A DNA stretch of 64,000 nt from an uncultured delta proteobacterium (GCA_963796685.1 CAWCMR010000013.1:352001-416000), one strand, 5' to 3'; counted from the stretch's first letter, positions 1-12,698 are shown. Translations and numbers: made by a program. Notes: a model not told the origin generated them from the letters alone.

Positions 1-1331
1 CCACGCGCTCGAGCGGCCTCGTACAAGCCGCGCCGGACGGGCTTTCGGCCGGCCTGCTGCGCGACAGCGGTGCCAGCTTCTGCGACAGTGGTGCTCAACC
101 GGGGGACGTGCTGATGTTTTCCGGATGTACGCAGAACCTGGATTGCCAGCCCGACGACAAATTTACTTGCCAGGTCGCGGTTTCCGGAGCGCGCGGCATG
201 TGCTTGCCCATCGACGCCGCCTCCAGCTCCGATCTCATCACGAAGTGCAGCCGCTTCATGGGCAGCCGCATGCGCTACGAGATCGCGCAATCGACCCAGA
301 CGTCGCTTCGCCTGCAGCTCAAGCTCGACGAGGTGCCCACCACGGTCCTGAACCCGTGTACGAAGGATACCGAGACAACGGTGTGCCAGTTCGATGTGGA
401 CCACGGCAAGCTTGCGAGCACGCCCCCGGACGGCGGCATTATCCATGCCTTCGAGTGCTTGCAGGTTCGTGCTACGGATGCGAGCCCTCGCTGTGTGAAG
501 AGGTGCAGTGACGACATCGACTGCAGGGCGGGCCACGTTTGCGAGACCGTGCCCGGTGCGGATCCTTTGCTGGGCAAGCTGTGCGTGGAAGCGCCGCCCA
601 TCGATCCACAGTGCTTCCCACAGCCGATGACCAGCTACAGCGTCCGCGCTGGCCATAGTTTCATGGTCTACGGCTCGTCCATACCGACCCTGTCGTCGGT
701 TCGCGCCGATGCCGATGGAACCTGCCAACCCCAGGCCCCCTCGGATCCGTCGCTGGTGGCGCGCATTCCGCTGTCGGCGCCCAAGTGTCCGGACAGCTTC
801 CTGGCTCGGGCTACCGGCACCGCCACCGTTCCGCCCGTGTTCGTGCAGAACCTGTCTGCCCAGCCCGGAAGCAATCCATGCCTGTACCAGGGCGCGGCCC
901 CTGACGGAGAGGACTCCGGGGCGACGGCAGCCAGCGCGTCCGTCGACCACGTCCGTGCCTTCTTCCAAAACCCGCAGATTCGCTTCGTGCTCGCCAATCT
1001 CGACCAATACGCGGGCGATCTTCTCGCCATACACTTCGAGCTGCAATACGGGTACATCCCACTGACCGTGCAGATTCCGAGCTACGAGGTGCTCATGACC
1101 ATGGGCACGCGGATCATCACGGGGCCGTTCGAGACGCCGGAAAGCCCGATCTTGCACGACTCGGCTCAACCTTTCAGCTATCCCTATCTGTATGTCGTGG
1201 ACCAAGGCCGAACGGCGCTCACCCCTGGCAGTCGTGGCCAGGTCCTGCGAATCAACCCGCGCGCCGGAAGCAACGAGATCGCATCCTTCGACACCACCTT
1301 GTCGGGCAGCACGCCTTTCCAACTGCAGTGA
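1..1331 (+). CDS. Cys-rich hypothetical surface/secreted protein, C-terminal part (probably begins upstream of the window)
   Basis: ORF 108..1331 with many CxxxxxC motifs typical of myxobacterial extracellular proteins; frame appears open to the window edge. Confidence 0.6.
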   Translation, partial: TRSSGLVQAAPDGLSAGLLRDSGASFCDSGAQPGDVLMFSGCTQNLDCQPDDKFTCQVAVSGARGMCLPIDAASSSDLITKCSRFMGSRMRYEIAQSTQTSLRLQLKLDEVPTTVLNPCTKDTETTVCQFDVDHGKLASTPPDGGIIHAFECLQVRATDASPRCVKRCSDDIDCRAGHVCETVPGADPLLGKLCVEAPPIDPQCFPQPMTSYSVRAGHSFMVYGSSIPTLSSVRADADGTCQPQAPSDPSLVARIPLSAPKCPDSFLARATGTATVPPVFVQNLSAQPGSNPCLYQGAAPDGEDSGATAASASVDHVRAFFQNPQIRFVLANLDQYAGDLLAIHFELQYGYIPLTVQIPSYEVLMTMGTRIITGPFETPESPILHDSAQPFSYPYLYVVDQGRTALTPGSRGQVLRINPRAGSNEIASFDTTLSGSTPFQLQ

Positions 1332-1351
1332 CCCGACTTCGGGCACCGAAG

Positions 1352-1381
1352 TTGACAAGTGGTAGGGTGTTAACCTACATT
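1352..1381 (+). promoter_or_regulatory. sigma70-like promoter of argS
   Basis: TTGACA(1352)-18 nt-TACATT(1376), 8 nt before the argS ATG. Confidence 0.5.
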
Positions 1382-1389
1382 GTAGGCAA

Positions 1390-3177
1390 ATGAGCGATAG
1401 CGTTCGCACCATTGCACGACAGTTGCTTCACCAGGCGGTCAGGGCTGCCCAGGTGGAAGGCCTCCTGGGCGAGGTTCCCGACCAGGTTCCGATCGAACGA
1501 CCCAAGCGTCCGGAACACGGCGACTACGCCACGAACGTGGCTCTGGGTCTCGCCAAGGCCGCTGGCAAACCGCCGCGCGTGCTGGGCGAGGCCATCGCCA
1601 AGCATCTGCGACAGATCGGCGACGTGAATCTGGCGGAGGTCACGGTGGCGGGGCCCGGCTTCGTGAACCTGCGCTTCTCGGACGCGTTCTGGCAAGGGCG
1701 GCTCCTCGACATACGACAAGCTGGACGAAACTGGGGCAGGGGAGAGGCGAAGACCTCGCCCAAGCTTTGCGTCGAATATCTTTCCGCCAATCCCACCGGC
1801 CCACTGCATTTTGCCCACGGTCGGCACGCGGCCGTCGGCGATTCGCTGACCCGGCTTCTGCGTTTCGCCGGCTACGACGTGGTCCGCGAGTTCTACCTCA
1901 ACGATGCCGGCAACCAGGTCGGCATGCTCGCGCTCTCGGTGTGGGCGCGCTACATGGAGGCGGCCCGCGCAGTCGACCCCGCCGTGCCCGAGGTGACTTT
2001 CCCAGAGAACGGCTATCGCGGCGAGTACATCCGTGGCATCGGCCAAAGACTTCGTGACCGCGACGGCAAACGGTGGATCGCCGCCGAGCCACCCGCGGAC
2101 ATCGAGCCGATCCGGCAGTTCGCCATCGACAGCTGCCTGGCGATGATTCGAGCCACGCTGGCGCGATTCGATGTGGATTTCGATGTCTGGCAGAGCGAGC
2201 GGGCTCTGCACGAGGCAGGTGACGTCAAGGCGACGCTCGCACAGCTCGACAAGGCCGGCTTCATCGAACAGCGAGACAACGCGGTTTGGCTGCGCACCAC
2301 GGCCCTGTGGGGCGACGACAAGGATCGCGTGGTGGTCAAGTCCGACGGGCTGCCCACCTACTTGCTGGCGGACATCGCCTATCACAGGAAGAAGCTGGCG
2401 CGCGGATTCGATCAACTGTGCGACATCTGGGGCGCCGACCATCACGGACACATTCCGCGCATGCAAGCGGCGCTCAAGGCGCTGGGCGCCAATCCCGAAC
2501 AGCTTTCGGTCATTCTCATCCAGATGGTCAGCCTCTTGCGCGACGGCAAGCCCGTGGCCATGGGCAAGCGCGAGGGCGAGTTCGTGACCCTGGATGCCGT
2601 GGTCGATGAGGTGGGGCGGGACGCAACCCGCTTTTTCTATCTCATGCGCCGCCACGACACGCCGTTGGAGTTCGATCTGGAGCTCGCCAAGCAGCAGTCG
2701 ATGGACAACCCCGTGTACTACGCGCAGTACGCGCACGCGCGCTGCGCGTCCCTACTGCGGCGCGCGCGGGAGCTCGATGCTCCCACGCACCCGCCAACGC
2801 CCGACTTACTTGCCTCTCTCTCGTTACCCGAGGAGATCGCCGTCTTGCGTCGCCTGTCCGATTTCCCCGATTTCTTGGCCGACGCGGCAGCAGTGCGCGA
2901 ACCCCACCGGCTGGTGCAATACATCCAAGAATTGGCGAGCGAATTCCAGAGCTACTACACCCGTCTACAGAAGGTACATGGGGACAGCATCCTGCCCCAA
3001 AAGCGGCAGCGCGTGGGGGATTGGCGCGCGACCTGGGACTGGCGGCGGACCGCCGCTCGCCTGGCCTGGGTCGAGGCCATTCGCCAGGTGCTGGAAACCG
3101 CGTTGTCGCTGCTGGGCGTTTCCGCCCCGCAGGAGATGAAGCGCGCCGAAATCGCCGAAGAGGCCGAGGAACCGTAA
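1390..3177 (+). CDS. argS: arginine--tRNA ligase
   Basis: HGDYATN, SANPTGPLHFAHGR (HIGH-like), GADHHG, YAQYAHAR motifs. Confidence 0.97.
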   Translation: MSDSVRTIARQLLHQAVRAAQVEGLLGEVPDQVPIERPKRPEHGDYATNVALGLAKAAGKPPRVLGEAIAKHLRQIGDVNLAEVTVAGPGFVNLRFSDAFWQGRLLDIRQAGRNWGRGEAKTSPKLCVEYLSANPTGPLHFAHGRHAAVGDSLTRLLRFAGYDVVREFYLNDAGNQVGMLALSVWARYMEAARAVDPAVPEVTFPENGYRGEYIRGIGQRLRDRDGKRWIAAEPPADIEPIRQFAIDSCLAMIRATLARFDVDFDVWQSERALHEAGDVKATLAQLDKAGFIEQRDNAVWLRTTALWGDDKDRVVVKSDGLPTYLLADIAYHRKKLARGFDQLCDIWGADHHGHIPRMQAALKALGANPEQLSVILIQMVSLLRDGKPVAMGKREGEFVTLDAVVDEVGRDATRFFYLMRRHDTPLEFDLELAKQQSMDNPVYYAQYAHARCASLLRRARELDAPTHPPTPDLLASLSLPEEIAVLRRLSDFPDFLADAAAVREPHRLVQYIQELASEFQSYYTRLQKVHGDSILPQKRQRVGDWRATWDWRRTAARLAWVEAIRQVLETALSLLGVSAPQEMKRAEIAEEAEEP

Positions 3178-3238
3178 GAGGAAACCGTAACAGGGAACCC
3201 CCACTCAACTCATCGCCCGATTCGCCGAGGAGAATGCC

Positions 3239-4078
3239 ATGGGATACACTTCAGGGACTGCGATGGAAGATCGAGGCCTGCGTGACATCGAACGTTGGCG
3301 CGACAAGATCGAGGTGCGCCTCGACAATCGCCAGGTCTTCTTCCTGTTCTTTGGCAGCGCCCTCGTGGCCTGCATGCTCTTCGTGCTGGGTGTCATCGTG
3401 GGCAAGCGGTTGGAATCGCGCGGACGCGCGGTCTCGCCCGTCGTCGAAGATCCTCTAGCCTTGCTGGACAAGGTGGCCACGAGCCCGCGTCCCGTTCAGT
3501 CCGGGGTGACCTTCCCGCAAGCGTTGTTCGGCTCCGCCAACAAGGCTGCGGCCGACAAGCACGCCAGGAAGAACGGCCTTCCCGCGGCCGGCCACGCCGA
3601 AGAAGATTTGGCCGCGCACAAGGCCCTCGCGTTGGCCAAGCCTGGCGAGGGAGCGATGGCCGCGCCTGTCCCGACCAAGGTGGCTGACAAGGTCAAGACC
3701 GCCGCCAAAGCGGAGGACAAGTCTGTCGAAGTGGTCGCGCAGGAGAGGGCCGCCCAGCCTGCGCCGAGCAAGGCCAAGACGGTCGAGACCAAGGAATCCA
3801 AGTCTGCAATCATCCCGACCGTGGCGGCGGCAGGCGACAGCAAGAGCAAGGGCCGCTATGCCTTGCAACTGAGCTCGTTTCAAGACAAGAGCGAGGCCGA
3901 AGCCTTTGCGAAGAAATTCGAGGGCGAGCACCCCTACATGGTGGTGTCGGAGATCCCTGGGAAGGGCACCTGGTACCGGGTGCGCGTGGGTGACTACGCC
4001 ACGGCCAAAGACGCGCTGGTTGCCAAGCAGTCCTTCGAGAAGAAGCACAGCGTGATTGCCTACGTCGCGCAAAAGTAG
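3239..4078 (+). CDS. SPOR-domain bitopic membrane protein (FtsN/DedD-like)
   Basis: N-terminal TM, Ala/Lys-rich linker, C-terminal YALQLSSF...WYRVRVG SPOR domain; argS-SPOR synteny. Confidence 0.85.
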   Translation: MGYTSGTAMEDRGLRDIERWRDKIEVRLDNRQVFFLFFGSALVACMLFVLGVIVGKRLESRGRAVSPVVEDPLALLDKVATSPRPVQSGVTFPQALFGSANKAAADKHARKNGLPAAGHAEEDLAAHKALALAKPGEGAMAAPVPTKVADKVKTAAKAEDKSVEVVAQERAAQPAPSKAKTVETKESKSAIIPTVAAAGDSKSKGRYALQLSSFQDKSEAEAFAKKFEGEHPYMVVSEIPGKGTWYRVRVGDYATAKDALVAKQSFEKKHSVIAYVAQK

Positions 4079-4120
4079 GGCGATTCACGAATTGTCCGGG
4101 CGATTCGCCAATCGCTGCGG

Positions 4121-7100
4121 TCAGAACATCAAACCGACGTTGAAGTGCGTTCTCCAGGTATCGTCGCCAGGGTGGCGGTTGAGCGGGATGGCGAAGGAAA
4201 GACTCAGGTCGCCGACCGGCAACTTGATCACGAGAGGCGAGAAGCCGATGCCGTGGCGGAAGTCGGCGGCGGAAAGGTCGCCGAGCGAGTAGCCGACCAC
4301 GCCGCTGTCCAAGAATACCGCACCATAAAGCGGCGCGGCGATGGGGAATTGCAGATCGATATTCTGGAGGATGCGGAGATTTCCCCCGACGGGGAGGTAC
4401 TGAACATAGTTGAGCCCGCCCACGCCCGGGGCGCTGACGGTCTCGGTGAGCGCGTAGTCGAGCTGGTAGCCGCGAATGCTGGTGTCGCCGCCGGCGAAAA
4501 AACGCTCGACTTTGGGGAGCAGCGCCGCCCCGCCGAGCGGGAGGCCCTGGTCGTAGCGGATGGTGTAGCGCAGGCTGAGCCAGGGCAAGATCGGGACGAC
4601 CGACAGTCCGCGGGCGTAGAGCTTGACGAAGGTGTCCTGTCCGACGCCGAACGACAGGGCGGGGAGGGCGACCTCGACGCCGGCCGCGACCTTGAATCCG
4701 CGCGAGGGAACCAGCAACTGGTCGAGGCGATGCCATTCCACACCCGTGCTCAAGCTGCTGACGAAGGTGCCAATGCGAACCGTGGTCTGATCTTGAAAGG
4801 GGCCGGGCTCGGCGCTGCGCATGAGCAACTCCGTCCGGGAGGTGTTGCGCAAGTTGTAGCGGACGTTGGCGTCGATGCCGGGGTACATCTCGCGCGAAAA
4901 GCCGAAGGAGCCGCTGCCGGAATGAACGTCGCCGAGTCGCAGGGTGGCCTGTCTGAGATAGCCGGCGAGGATCTCCATGCGAAAGAGCGTTCCCAGAAAG
5001 CGTGGATTGAGAAAGTCGGCAGTGGCGCTGGTCATGGACGAACCGTAGGCGGCCTGCGATGTGAGGGTCCAGCCGTGTCCAAAGAGGTTGCGGTGCTCGT
5101 AGCCGAGCGCTCCGTACACGCCGAGGGGGAACGAGGATCCGGGGGTGGCTTGGTCGGTCGAGGCGCCGGCGCCAACCCGGATGATGCCCCAGTGGTCGTG
5201 TCGCTCTTCCACTTCGACCATCATGGGGACGACGGGATCGCTCGTGCTCACGCCGGGGAAGCTCACCGGATTCGGGTTGTTGAAGAGCTGGATGAGGGCC
5301 AAGTTGCGCTGGGCCCGCTCGATGCCGCGTGTGGTGAGGATGTCACCCGTGCGGACTCCGCCCAGGTCAGGATGGTGTCGTCCGTGGTGAGGAAGTTACC
5401 GCGCATGAAGATGGGGCCGACCCGGACCTGGGGCCCCATCTTGATTTGCCACACGACCTGCATCTCATCGCCGTGGCGCTCGCTCTTGGCCTCGACGTGC
5501 GCGTACCGGTATCCGTCATCGCCCAGCGCTCGCTTGATGCGGTTCTCGTCGCGCTTGATGAAGGCCGGCTGGTACGGAGCGCCGACCACGGTGCGCAGCG
5601 AGTCGAGGTAGAAGGCGTCGTCGTGGGGCAACGTCTCGCCAGGGACCAGGCACTTGAAGGCTATGCCCGCCACCCACAGAAGCGGCGCCTCATCGATGAG
5701 AAAGCGAACGTACAGGCTGTCGGCATTGCGCCAGACGGCTTCCTCCGAGTGTTCGATGGTCTTTGGTAGCGGGCGCCACAGCCCAGGTCTCGGCGCAATC
5801 TCCGCGCTCACCTTGGTGTTGGGGTAGCCGACGGCGGCATAGTAATCGGTCAGGCTCTGCACGTCCAGATCGAGTTGGCGCAGGCTTGCAAAGCCGCCCT
5901 CGCCCAGACCCAGGATGCCCAGGAAGGGGTAGACGCGCGTGCGAATGCGGTCGGCCAGGACGTCCGAGCGAACGGCGCGATTGCCCTCGAAGGAGACACC
6001 GCGCACCTTGAGCAGCGGGCCCTCATCGATGACGAAGACGAGGCGGTCGGACTGCTCGGAAATGCGCTCGCGGCGCCAGGTCACCTTGACCAGCATGTGA
6101 CCGCTCTCGTGGTAGGCGTTCTCGATGGCACCGGCGCTGGCCACGGCTTCCACATCGTCGTAGGCGCCATGAGCGGACAGGGTCAGGTAGTCGCGCAAGG
6201 CTCCGGCCGAGCGGGTTCGGTTGCCTTCAAACGCGATCTCGATGTGCTTCCGCTCGCGAATGTCGATGCCAAGCCGCACGTCCTTGGCTTCGTGGTCCAG
6301 GCTGGTGGTCGGGTCGAAATCGTCCCTGACGCGGACGCCGGGGAAACCAATGCGGTGATAGTGGTCGACAAGACTGGCGATGTCCTCGCGCAAAACCGAG
6401 CGCCGGAAGGGCTGAGGCAGTACCCAGGCCGTGTACCATCTCCCGTGGCGAAATCCGTCGGCAATGTCCTCGGTCGGGAGTGCGGTGGCACCCGTCACCG
6501 TGAGAGGGCCAAGCGGATAGGCAGGTCCCAGTTTGACTCGCACGAGCAAGCTGACCTCGGCAGGCAACTTGCCGTCGTCGTAGAGCTCGATGGCCGCCTG
6601 CGCTTCCCAATAGCCTTGCGCGTGCAGAAAGTCGCGCACATGGTCAGATTCCGTGGTGATGAAGGCGTCTCGCTCCGACCCCACGGGCGGAAGTTTCATT
6701 CCAGGGCGGATGCTGAGCTTGCCGATGATGTCTTCCTGGCGCACCCCTCCGAGAATATTCGGCTGGTTCCCCGACACGAAGATCCGGCGGACGCGGTCGA
6801 AGGCGTGCAGCCGAACCCGAAGGCGGATACCGTCGGGCTGTGCCAGTGGGGTGATTTCGGAGGCGTAGCCGATGACCTGCAGGATGTGTCGCAAACGCGG
6901 AATGGTGCCGATGGGCATGCCGATGCGGTCGGCGTCGCCGGATGCGACGAAGGGAGTGCCCACGCCGGCAAAATCCGACAGCAAGGCCTCCACTTCCCCG
7001 GGCGGATCGATGCTGCCCTCGACGATGAAGCCGCGAATGCTGGTTGCGGACGCCGTGTCGCTCGGCGCGACCGGCGCGGTCTCCCCGAACGCGGCGCGCG

Positions 7101-7158
7101 GCGATAACAGGACGATCAGTCCCGCAAGGAGGAGGGCCTGGTGTGAGAACCGAAACAC
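4121..7158 (-). CDS. Omp85-family outer membrane protein (BamA/TamA-like), split by a 1-nt frameshift near 5356
   Basis: ORF 5263..7158 has a signal peptide and POTRA-like repeats; ORF 4121..5302 has the barrel with FFAGGDTSIRGY and a terminal Phe; the frames join at GAG^TC. Confidence 0.85.
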
Positions 7159-7184
7159 GTGGGGAAGCTCAGGGTATCAGTCGG

Positions 7185-10100
7185 TCATGGATTGGGGAAT
7201 CGCACCGGATATTCGAACGTCAGCTCCAACTTGAAGCTGTTGGTCTGGACGGGCAGGCCTTGTTGGAGGGAGTAGGTCAGGCGGTCGCCGATCACCCGCC
7301 CAGTGAGATAGTCGCGGAACCAGGCCACGCCCTGCGCCCGGTACCGCTGTTGACTTTGAAAGCCTCGCAGGTAGGACAATTCCAAATCGAACTCGCGGGT
7401 TCTGTGCGCCTGGAGCTTGAGCTCGGCTCCGTCGGCGCCCACGGTGGGACGCAGGTCCCATTTCCCCCCCGTGAGCATCTGCAAGGTGTCGTCGATATAG
7501 GGTTCGACCAGGTTCGACACGGTGTCGCGCGACACCTGGCCAAGCATGTCCAACCCGCTTTGCTGATTCATCCCGAACACCTGCCCACCGTTGCCGCTGA
7601 GATTGTCCGTGGTTCGGCCGGAGAGCAGAAGCAGCATGGTCTGGTTTCGATCCATGCCATCGGTGGTCGACAGGTCGATGGTGGCCATGTTGACCGGGCC
7701 ATTGATCTTCATGAGCACCACGTGCTCGTTGCCCGATGCGTCGACCACGGTATTCTGCGCCTCCAGGTTGAGCTCGGGCGTGTCGCCGTTCGCGAGCGAC
7801 TTGGTGGGGATGAAGGTCACGTGGTTGACATTGGGGACCAGCTCGAAGTCCCCACGCAAACCGATGATGTGAAACCGGCCGTCGGTGGGGCGGATTTCGC
7901 CCGAGAGGGTGGGCGACGACAGGGTCCCACCGATTCCAAGATCGACGGTGACGAGGATCTCGGGCGCGAGGTTGTTCTGCACCACGAAACCTTCACCGTC
8001 GGTGCGCACGCGCAAGGCGAGCGCCATGTTCTCCAGCAGAGGCTGCCCCTCCCAGAAGGGCTTCGCGTTGGAGGACTCGTTGATGCGCGAGGAGAGCACG
8101 AGATTGCGCACACTGAAGTCCTGCAAGTACCTGCCCGAGATGAGCCGCACGTCGCCCGAAAAGGTCAGACCGTCGGTGGGATTGCCCTTGAGCTCGGTGA
8201 CGAGCGAAAGGTCGTCGATCTCGAGGCCCTGGTCGCGATACCCGAGGCGATTCCCAGCGAGGGGGAAGTCGATGGCGTCCCACTCGAACTTGGGCCACAG
8301 GCTGCGAAAGTGCACGCGGCCCGACCTGACGCCCTTGGCGCCGATGAGCAGCTCGCCTTCATCGTCGATGCGAACTTTCACGTCCGTCAACAGAAGCTCG
8401 TGGCTGGAGAGCTCGACGATGCCGCTTTGGACCGCGATGTGACGGCTGATGCCGCGTAGCCGCATCTGGATTTCCCCCAGATCGATGCGCGCGGAGATTT
8501 GTGGATCGTCGAGCTTGCCCGACACCTTGGCCGAAATCGCCGCCTTGCCCGAGACATCGGAGACGGCGCTTGGCGCGATGGATTCGAGCAAACTGGCGCT
8601 GACTTCTCCCTGCGCGCTGAGGGCCACGGACTCCGGCGTGAAGGCCGGACCGAGGTTCACCTTGCCAGCGAGCTTCATGGTGGCGTCGCCGATGGTGACA
8701 GCCAGGTCGCTCAGCTCGACCGAGGACGAGCTGAGTCGCACCATCCCCGAGGGAATCAAAAGGGATTGCTCGAAGCCGTGCGCCTCGGCCCGAACCGGCC
8801 GCAGGATGGAGATCCTGCCGTTCACATCGGGTTTCTTCACCGAGCCACCCGCATGAATCTCGAGACCAATGCCGCCGCCGAGGGTGGTGAACCTGCTGGC
8901 CAGGAGGGGCTGGAGGAATTCGAGATCGAACTTTCCACCCAGGTCCGCCGTCACGGCTCGGTCCACCAACTCACCCGTTCCGTCCTTGATGGGGGTCACC
9001 TTGGCGGACAGCGTAGCTCTCCGCCCCGAGTGATGAGGCGGGCGGGGTCCACTACCACCTTCTCGGTGTCGGTGACGATGTGCAGATCGTTGGCGTTCTT
9101 GAGCCGGATGGTCTCTTCGCCCGTGCTGCCGTCCTCGCGCTCGATGGCACGCGTAAGCGAGGCCTCGATCTGCGAGAGGCGGACATCGATGCTCGGTAGG
9201 CGGCCCGGCTGCAGCTCGAAGCCGATTTGGCCGGACAAGGCGGTGGTGATGCCTTGCTCTTCGAGCTCGGGCAGCAGTTCCTCGGCGTGCAGGTTGTGGA
9301 ACGAAAGCATGGCCTTGGCACGGGCGCCTTGGGGGCTATAGCCTCCCGTTGCAATCAGGTCCATGCGCTTGAACAGATCTCCGCTCACGGCCAAGCTGCC
9401 ATCCGGGGTGGGCGCCAGCGCCAAGGTCGCGTTGCCCAAATCGAGGTCGTAGGCGCGCACGTTGGCGAGCGTGATGCTGCCCTCGACGGCGGGCTTGTCC
9501 AGGTTGCCTGTCACGTGCAAGTCGATGGACAGCGTTCCCGAGACCGGTGCATCGACCTTCGCGGCGGCCAGGATGGCGGCGATGGGAAGGTCGACGATCT
9601 TGATGGTCCAATCGATGCCAAGTGGCTTGTGGGTCAGGCTGACGTGTCCCTCGATTCGGATGTCGCCACCGGTTTTCGCAGCCACGTGGCACAGCTTCAC
9701 CACCAGCAAGTCCTTGTCGACCTCGATGTCGATGCCTTCGAGTAGCCAGGCCTGGCCGAGAACCTCGATGGTGGTTCCGGCTGGCACCTGGAAATGAACC
9801 TTGGGCTTCTTGGTCGAACCCGAAGCCGTCAGGTCGAACGAGACTTGCCCGGACACGACGCCCGAGACAACCAGCTCTTGCAAGGAGAGCTGCTTGCCGT
9901 CCAGGTGAAAATCCAGAATGGGCGCGGCCAGCATCTTACCCACGCTCTTTTCGAACAGCTTGGCGCTGCCGCCCCCCTCGACGGCGCCGCCCGCAATGCC
10001 CGCGCGCAGGGATTCCACGCGCAGTGTCCCGTCGTGCAGGCTGAAGCCGCTCGTCAGCTCGTCGATGACGGGGATGCCCGTCTTGTCGCCGCCGATGCCC

Positions 10101-11806
10101 TTGACGTCGACCCGGCCACTGGCGTTCGGGCGATCCATGCTGCCGGTCACGTCCACTGCCAGCGTCGCGCTCTTTGCCAAGGGGCCCACCTTCATCGTCG
10201 AAAGCACCTTGGGCAGATCGGAAACGCCGACGCGCAGGCCGATGTCGAGCAGCTTCTTGGCCAGCTCCACCTTGCCGCGGATCTCGGCCGTGGCGCCCGG
10301 GACGGCGATGCGCAGACCGGACGTGCTCGCCGACTCGGACGAGGCCTGGGCTCGTCCGGTGATGCGGACCGAGCTGGGAATCGCCTTCTGTCTGTACGAG
10401 CGGTCGTAGCGCAAGTCGAGGTCGGAAAGCCGCACTGCCTTCTTGTCCCCGATGTTGGCGGCGATGCCGAGGTGCCCCTGCACCTTGCCTGCGGCGAGCT
10501 TCTTGAGCCCTTGGGGAAGGTAAGCGTCGGTGCCGAAGTGGTCGAACGCGAGGCGGGCGGTGATGTCGTCTCCGGCCATGGTCAACTGGGTCGAGAATTT
10601 CCCGCCCGACGGCGATTGCAGCGACAGCTCCTCGACCTTCACGGTCATGGTGGGCGCGGTGGTGGCGAATTCCAGGCCGGCCTCGAGCGAAATTTGTCGT
10701 GCCTCGTAGGTCTGGAAGGCGGCATTCAAACCGCTGATGGCGGCCTTGATCTTCAAGGTGTCGTAGGGATCCCACAGATCGCCGACCACCTTGGCGTCGT
10801 CGCCCGACAGGCGCAAGCCCGCGAGGTTGTGCGGCCTGGCCACGGCGGTCAAGGCGTCGACGGCATGCTCGAACCCGGCGTGGATCTTGATGCCGCCCAC
10901 GGAATTCGCGCCGTAAATGCCGGTGAAAAAGCCCTTGCCGACCAGCTCGCTGCGCCCGGTCTTGGCCAGACGCAGGTCGAGAAAGATGTCATCGGACCAT
11001 TCTCGCGTGGTCGCCACGCGGTCGACGAACACCTGGTCGAAGGGCAGCACCTCGGAAATGACCTTCAAGTAGCCCCCTTCGCGCGCCTCCAGGTTCGTCA
11101 CGTCGAATCCGACGAACCCTTCCCCGTCGACCAGCAGCGAGGCCGGCGCGTGGATATCGCGCAGATCGAGCCCCCACGACCCGGGAAAATCGAAGATCGC
11201 GCGGAAGCCGTCCAGGTTGGCGTTGACGATTTGAAATACGAAGCCCTTTTCCTTCTTGGCGCCGGGCGGGGGTGGGGGAGGAGGCGGCGCCGGGTGCTTG
11301 GGATCGAAGGCGGAAAGAAAGCCGATGCCCGGGAGCTTGGTCATCTTGGAGAAGCGCCACACCGACTTGTTCGGTCCCACGTGCAGGTCGGAGAGGATGA
11401 TGCCGCCGCCGCCGATCAGCGTTCTCAATCGAACGCTCACCTCCAGATGGGGAACATCGAGCACCGTGGTGCCTTCAGGATCCTTGATGACCAGCCTTTC
11501 CACGACCATGGGCGTGGCCCTGTCCGTCACAAGGTCGTAGAGCAGGCGAGGCTTCCAGAAAATGGCCCCGAAGTGCAGCGAGCCCTTCATCTCGGGCAGC
11601 ACGCCGTTCACGATCTTGGCCAGACGTTCCCCCTGGACGAAGAAGATCGCCACGAGCAAAACGACCCCCACGAGGGCGAGCAGGCCGGCCAGGACGTAGG
11701 CCACGGCCTTGGCTATCTTTCGTCGTAACTGCGCGGTCACACCAGTGCCAGAGTACCCCGAGCGCAAGCGCCTCGCCAAGCGCAGTCGGTAGTTGCCCAT
11801 GCGCAA
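7185..11806 (-). CDS. TamB/AsmA-like translocation-assembly protein, split by a 1-nt frameshift near 9011
   Basis: N-terminal TM anchor, long beta-rich repeats, C-terminal DUF490-like region (GTLSSPTLSGEI); adjacent to the Omp85 gene; start codon uncertain. Confidence 0.8.
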
Positions 11807-11835
11807 CTTTTCGCGAGTGCGTCCGACAAGGAAGT

Positions 11836-12532
11836 GTGCTCCTGGACCACCTCCTGTCCATTCTCTGGCCCGCCCGCTGCGCCGGGTGCAACGCCCTTGT
11901 CGTGGAAGGGGCTGGCTTCTGCGACCCTTGCGGAATCACCCTTGTTCCCCTGGGCCCCAGACTGCCCAGGCTGCGCGATGCCCAGCGAGGATGGTTGCCT
12001 TTGCGGCGGCTGCCGTCGAAGGCCCTTTCCCTTTTCGCAGGCCTTCGCGGCGGTTGCCTACGGGGGCGCGCTGACCCAAGCTATCCTGCGTTTCAAACAC
12101 GGCGGCCACCGCCATCTGGCCCGCTCGCTGGCCACCCTCCTGGCGCCGGTGCTGAGGTCGGCAGCGAGGCAAGGACTCGACGTGGTCTTGCCAGTGCCGC
12201 TCCATCCCAGGCGGTTGCGCCAGCGCGGTTACAACCAGGCCCTCGAGCTCGTGCGCGCGGCCAGCGTGGGCGTGCCCCCAGGCGTTCGCGTCCTTTGCGA
12301 CGCGTTGTCGCGAACGCTCGAAACCCCGACGCTGGGACACCAGTCGGCGGCGCTACGCAGACGGATCGTGGCCGATGCCTTTGTTGCGCGTCCGCAGGCG
12401 GTAACTGGCAAGCGTATCCTGGTGGTGGACGACGTCATGACGACAGGCGCGACACTGGCCGAATGTGCCCGCACACTCTTGGCCGCCGGTGCGTCCAAGG
12501 TCATGGTCGCCGCCTTGGCTCGCGCGGTTTGA
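11836..12532 (+). CDS. comF: ComF-family phosphoribosyltransferase-like protein, frameshift near 11961
   Basis: N-terminus LWPARCAGC in frame 11836 joins PVPLH..RGYNQA..VDDVMTTGAT in frame 11834. Confidence 0.85.
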
Positions 12533-12572
12533 GGCGGTCTGCCTTTTGCCCGCGCGATTCGTGATTCCTCCC

Positions 12573-12600
12573 TTGACACACGATTTCGGATCGCTAAGGT
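12573..12600 (+). promoter_or_regulatory. stable-RNA promoter of tRNA-Val
   Basis: TTGACA-16 nt-TAAGGT followed by a GC-rich discriminator. Confidence 0.6.
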
Positions 12601-12626
12601 AGCCGCCCTGGACAAGAACAAGGCAC

Positions 12627-12698
<72 letters not shown>

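Noticed and set aside
5350-11965. Programmed frameshifting or phase variation in the Omp85, tamB-like and comF genes
   Set aside because: There are no slippery heptamers or long homopolymers; the shared AGCT context favours sequencing error.
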